Shown here piece by piece: positions 61,421-64,000 of a stretch of DNA of 64,000 bases. Made by a program: the position numbers and the translations under genes. This stretch comes from Camelus dromedarius. Lineage: Eukaryota. The notes under the pieces are model-generated. The model did no database searches, was not told where the DNA came from, and saw only the letters and a list, made by a program, of their open reading frames with translations. Location of the stretch: NCBI RefSeq assembly GCF_036321535.1, contig NC_087437.1, forward strand, positions 60,824,001 to 60,888,000, read 5' to 3'. The stretch's first letter is position 1, and each line of letters starts with the position of its first letter.

Positions 61421-64000
61421 AAATATTCGTTGCAACATTAGAAATAATAAAAAAGAAGGAAACCACCTAAAAGTCCAACAATGAAAGGATTCGCTAAATA
61501 CATTATGATACAGCTTACATGATAGGGATAATGTGTGGAAATTAAAATGCTTTGGTAGGAATATATCTGACGTGGAAAGATGTTCATAATGAAATAGTAT
61601 TAAGAAAAAGAAAAGTACGAAACTATATAGTATGATCTCAAGTCCATTAGAAGAATATGCACCTATCTGCATGGGCATAGAAAATACTTGAAAGGATACA
61701 CACATATCAGAATCGCAACAGTGGGGAGAGTTGCACCTGATATTTACTTTTTCCATATCTTTATTTTTGCTTCTCTGTATTTTCTAATTTTCCAACAATT
61801 AACTTCAATTACAATATTAAGACAAGTTTTAAAAGAATAGAAACAATCTATTATTAATTAAAAATTAAAATATATGTCATAATCAGAGCCTAGTAAGTAT
61901 CACTGAAGTAGAGAATTTCTTATAGGTACTTAGAATTGAAATTACTGTGAATGTGCTTAAAAGGATCATGTGGACTCAACAGAAGAAAAAATACCACTGA
62001 CTAATAATTAAAATAAGTTTTATTACAGACACTACTTTTATTTTTCATAGTCCAGGGGTTTTAGAATTGGGATTCAATGTTCTTAGCTTAGCCCCGGGAA
62101 AGGCTGTAAGGGTAAAGGAAGAGCCCAGCATATGGGAACAGATGGAACAGCTTCAAAGCCTGGCTCTGATCTTGGGTACATCACTCAGCTTCTTGGCCTC
62201 CGTATCCTCCCCAGTCAAATGGGAATCAGAATGCCTGCGTTGCAACTTATTACTGTGTTAGGACAACTTTTACAAGAAAGTTCAAGAAATAGTTTTTGCC
62301 GTCATTACAGCATCCTCATCCTTGGCAGGCTGTCTACCTGCCTGTCCTTAAACACATGCAGGGTGGGAGCTCACTGTTTTGTGAGCGGCTGGTTGTGCTA
62401 CTGGGGCCCCTTTGCATTTGCTTCTAGGACTTGGATCCCCCTCTAAGCCTGGACAAGTAAGTAAGGAGTTGCATCATCTGAATTTGTTGGAATGCTCCTT
62501 GAATGTGTGGGCCTAAGAACTGCTGTGAGAAAGGACAGTTCTGTGACACGTGACTCTTACAGCAATTGCACTTTCATTTAAATTTAGTAACTGACCAACC
62601 TTCTGAGAAGAACATAGCATTCTGAAGGGACCACCCACCAGTATTTTGGAGGTGAGAACACTCAGGCCAGAGAGATGAAACGACACGGACAAGGTGCCAC
62701 AGGGAATGCTATGACATGGTTTCCAAGCGCTGGTTTCAAATCCAGATCACTTGTTCCCACTAGAGCCTAGCACACTGGGTCAACCAGGCTCCACAAAGGC
62801 TCTCGTGAGGATTCTTCTCTGGGAATGGTTGAGGCTTTGCCTCCACCTGGAGGGAGGCCGGAGGCCACAGCTGCTCTTCTTCCCTTGGGCTTTTCCTACG
62901 GTGAGTCCAGGCAGCTAAGGTGTGGAGCACTGCCTGCACACTACCCTGCTGACTTGGTCTCCTCAAGGCTACAAATGAGTCAACCAGCTTCCCCGTGTGG
63001 TCAGGGTCAACCCTTTAGAACCAACAGAAGTCAATTCACTCTGTCCTGTCCCATAGCCACAGGCTGCCTCTAGCCACAGGTCTTAAAAAATGCAAATCTG
63101 TTCCCACTGGGGTGTTAACACCTTGCTCTTACTAGGCTGGTGGTGTCACCTTTGTAGAGAGAGACCCACATACTCTGTGGATAGGCACCCAGCCAATAAT
63201 GCATTCGTTTCAAACTTGTCATTTCCGCTCAGTATCACAGGTTTGTTCTCTTTGATCACTTCACTCAGGTGGTGACAATGTGGCTCTGGGTGACAATAAT
63301 AGCTGCTCTACTGACTTCACAGGGTTGTGTCAAGACAGTGAGAGAATGTGTGTGAAAAGGCTTTGTCAAAAAGGAAATTTTGTGGACTTCGTTAGTAAGA
63401 TGAGGTAGTGTCAGGTTAAAGAGAAGGCAGACTTGCTCTGTGCAAACAGGGAGCTGGTGTTAAAAGAAAGAAAACAGGAGCTGCAGTCCCTCTCCCTTCC
63501 ATGTGAGCTGCAGGGTGTGGACCTTGGGACGTTCAGAGGAGGAGAGACCACCCAGAGTCTGTGGGGGACTACAGACTGAAGGGGTTATAGGTGATAACTG
63601 AGGCTTACTGCCCAGAGTGGAAATATGTCACCCCAACCAACCACTGATCCAGGTTCTCCTGAGAAAGAGCACAAGTGAGGAATGAAACAATATGGATTCC
63701 TGATGACCGACCAGCTCGATGGGAGAGTATTCAAGCTCACAGACGGCCTTCCAGGCTCTTAATTGTAAATGTTTATTGAATGCTCACGTTGGATAAGCAC
63801 CATTCCCAGTGCTCTACATGCAATAATCATCACAAAATCCTAGCAAGTGAATGTTATTATCTTCATGTTTCATTTGGTAAATTGAGGCTCAGACCTAGTC
63901 TGTGAGTCCAGCAAAACTCAACGTCAATGCCACAAGCCCGATCCACCCTGGGATACTGGCTATCCTTGACTAAATCACACATTATTTCCTCTGTGGGAAA

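Noticed and set aside
52419..64000. NRROS non-coding exon 1 / promoter
   Set aside because: No CpG island or convincing first exon seen; probably beyond the window end.

Overview
Mammalian genomic DNA, probably camelid judging by the tRNA-derived SINE family, syntenic with human 3q29. It contains the 5' half of PIGX (minus strand, coding exons 1-3, CUG start). It contains all of the CEP19 coding sequence (plus strand, 163 aa), head-to-head with PIGX on a CpG island. It also contains both coding exons of NRROS/LRRC33 (minus strand, 692 aa). The rest is repeat-rich (L1, L2/MIR, CR1, hAT MITEs, LTRs, SINEs), with a RAB5A retrocopy in PIGX intron 2. The most striking unannotated signal lies between CEP19 and NRROS (~23.5-44.5 kb). 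Hand translation across stops and frameshifts there gives LRR motifs, a TLR12-like N-terminus, transmembrane segments and two separate TIR-like remnants on both strands. This looks like the decayed, rearranged relic of a TLR11/12-family gene cluster; the call is by eye and needs a frameshift-aware homology search. Smaller oddities include a templated inverted insertion, a nested L1-mediated insertion, and a start-stop element before the CEP19 ATG.
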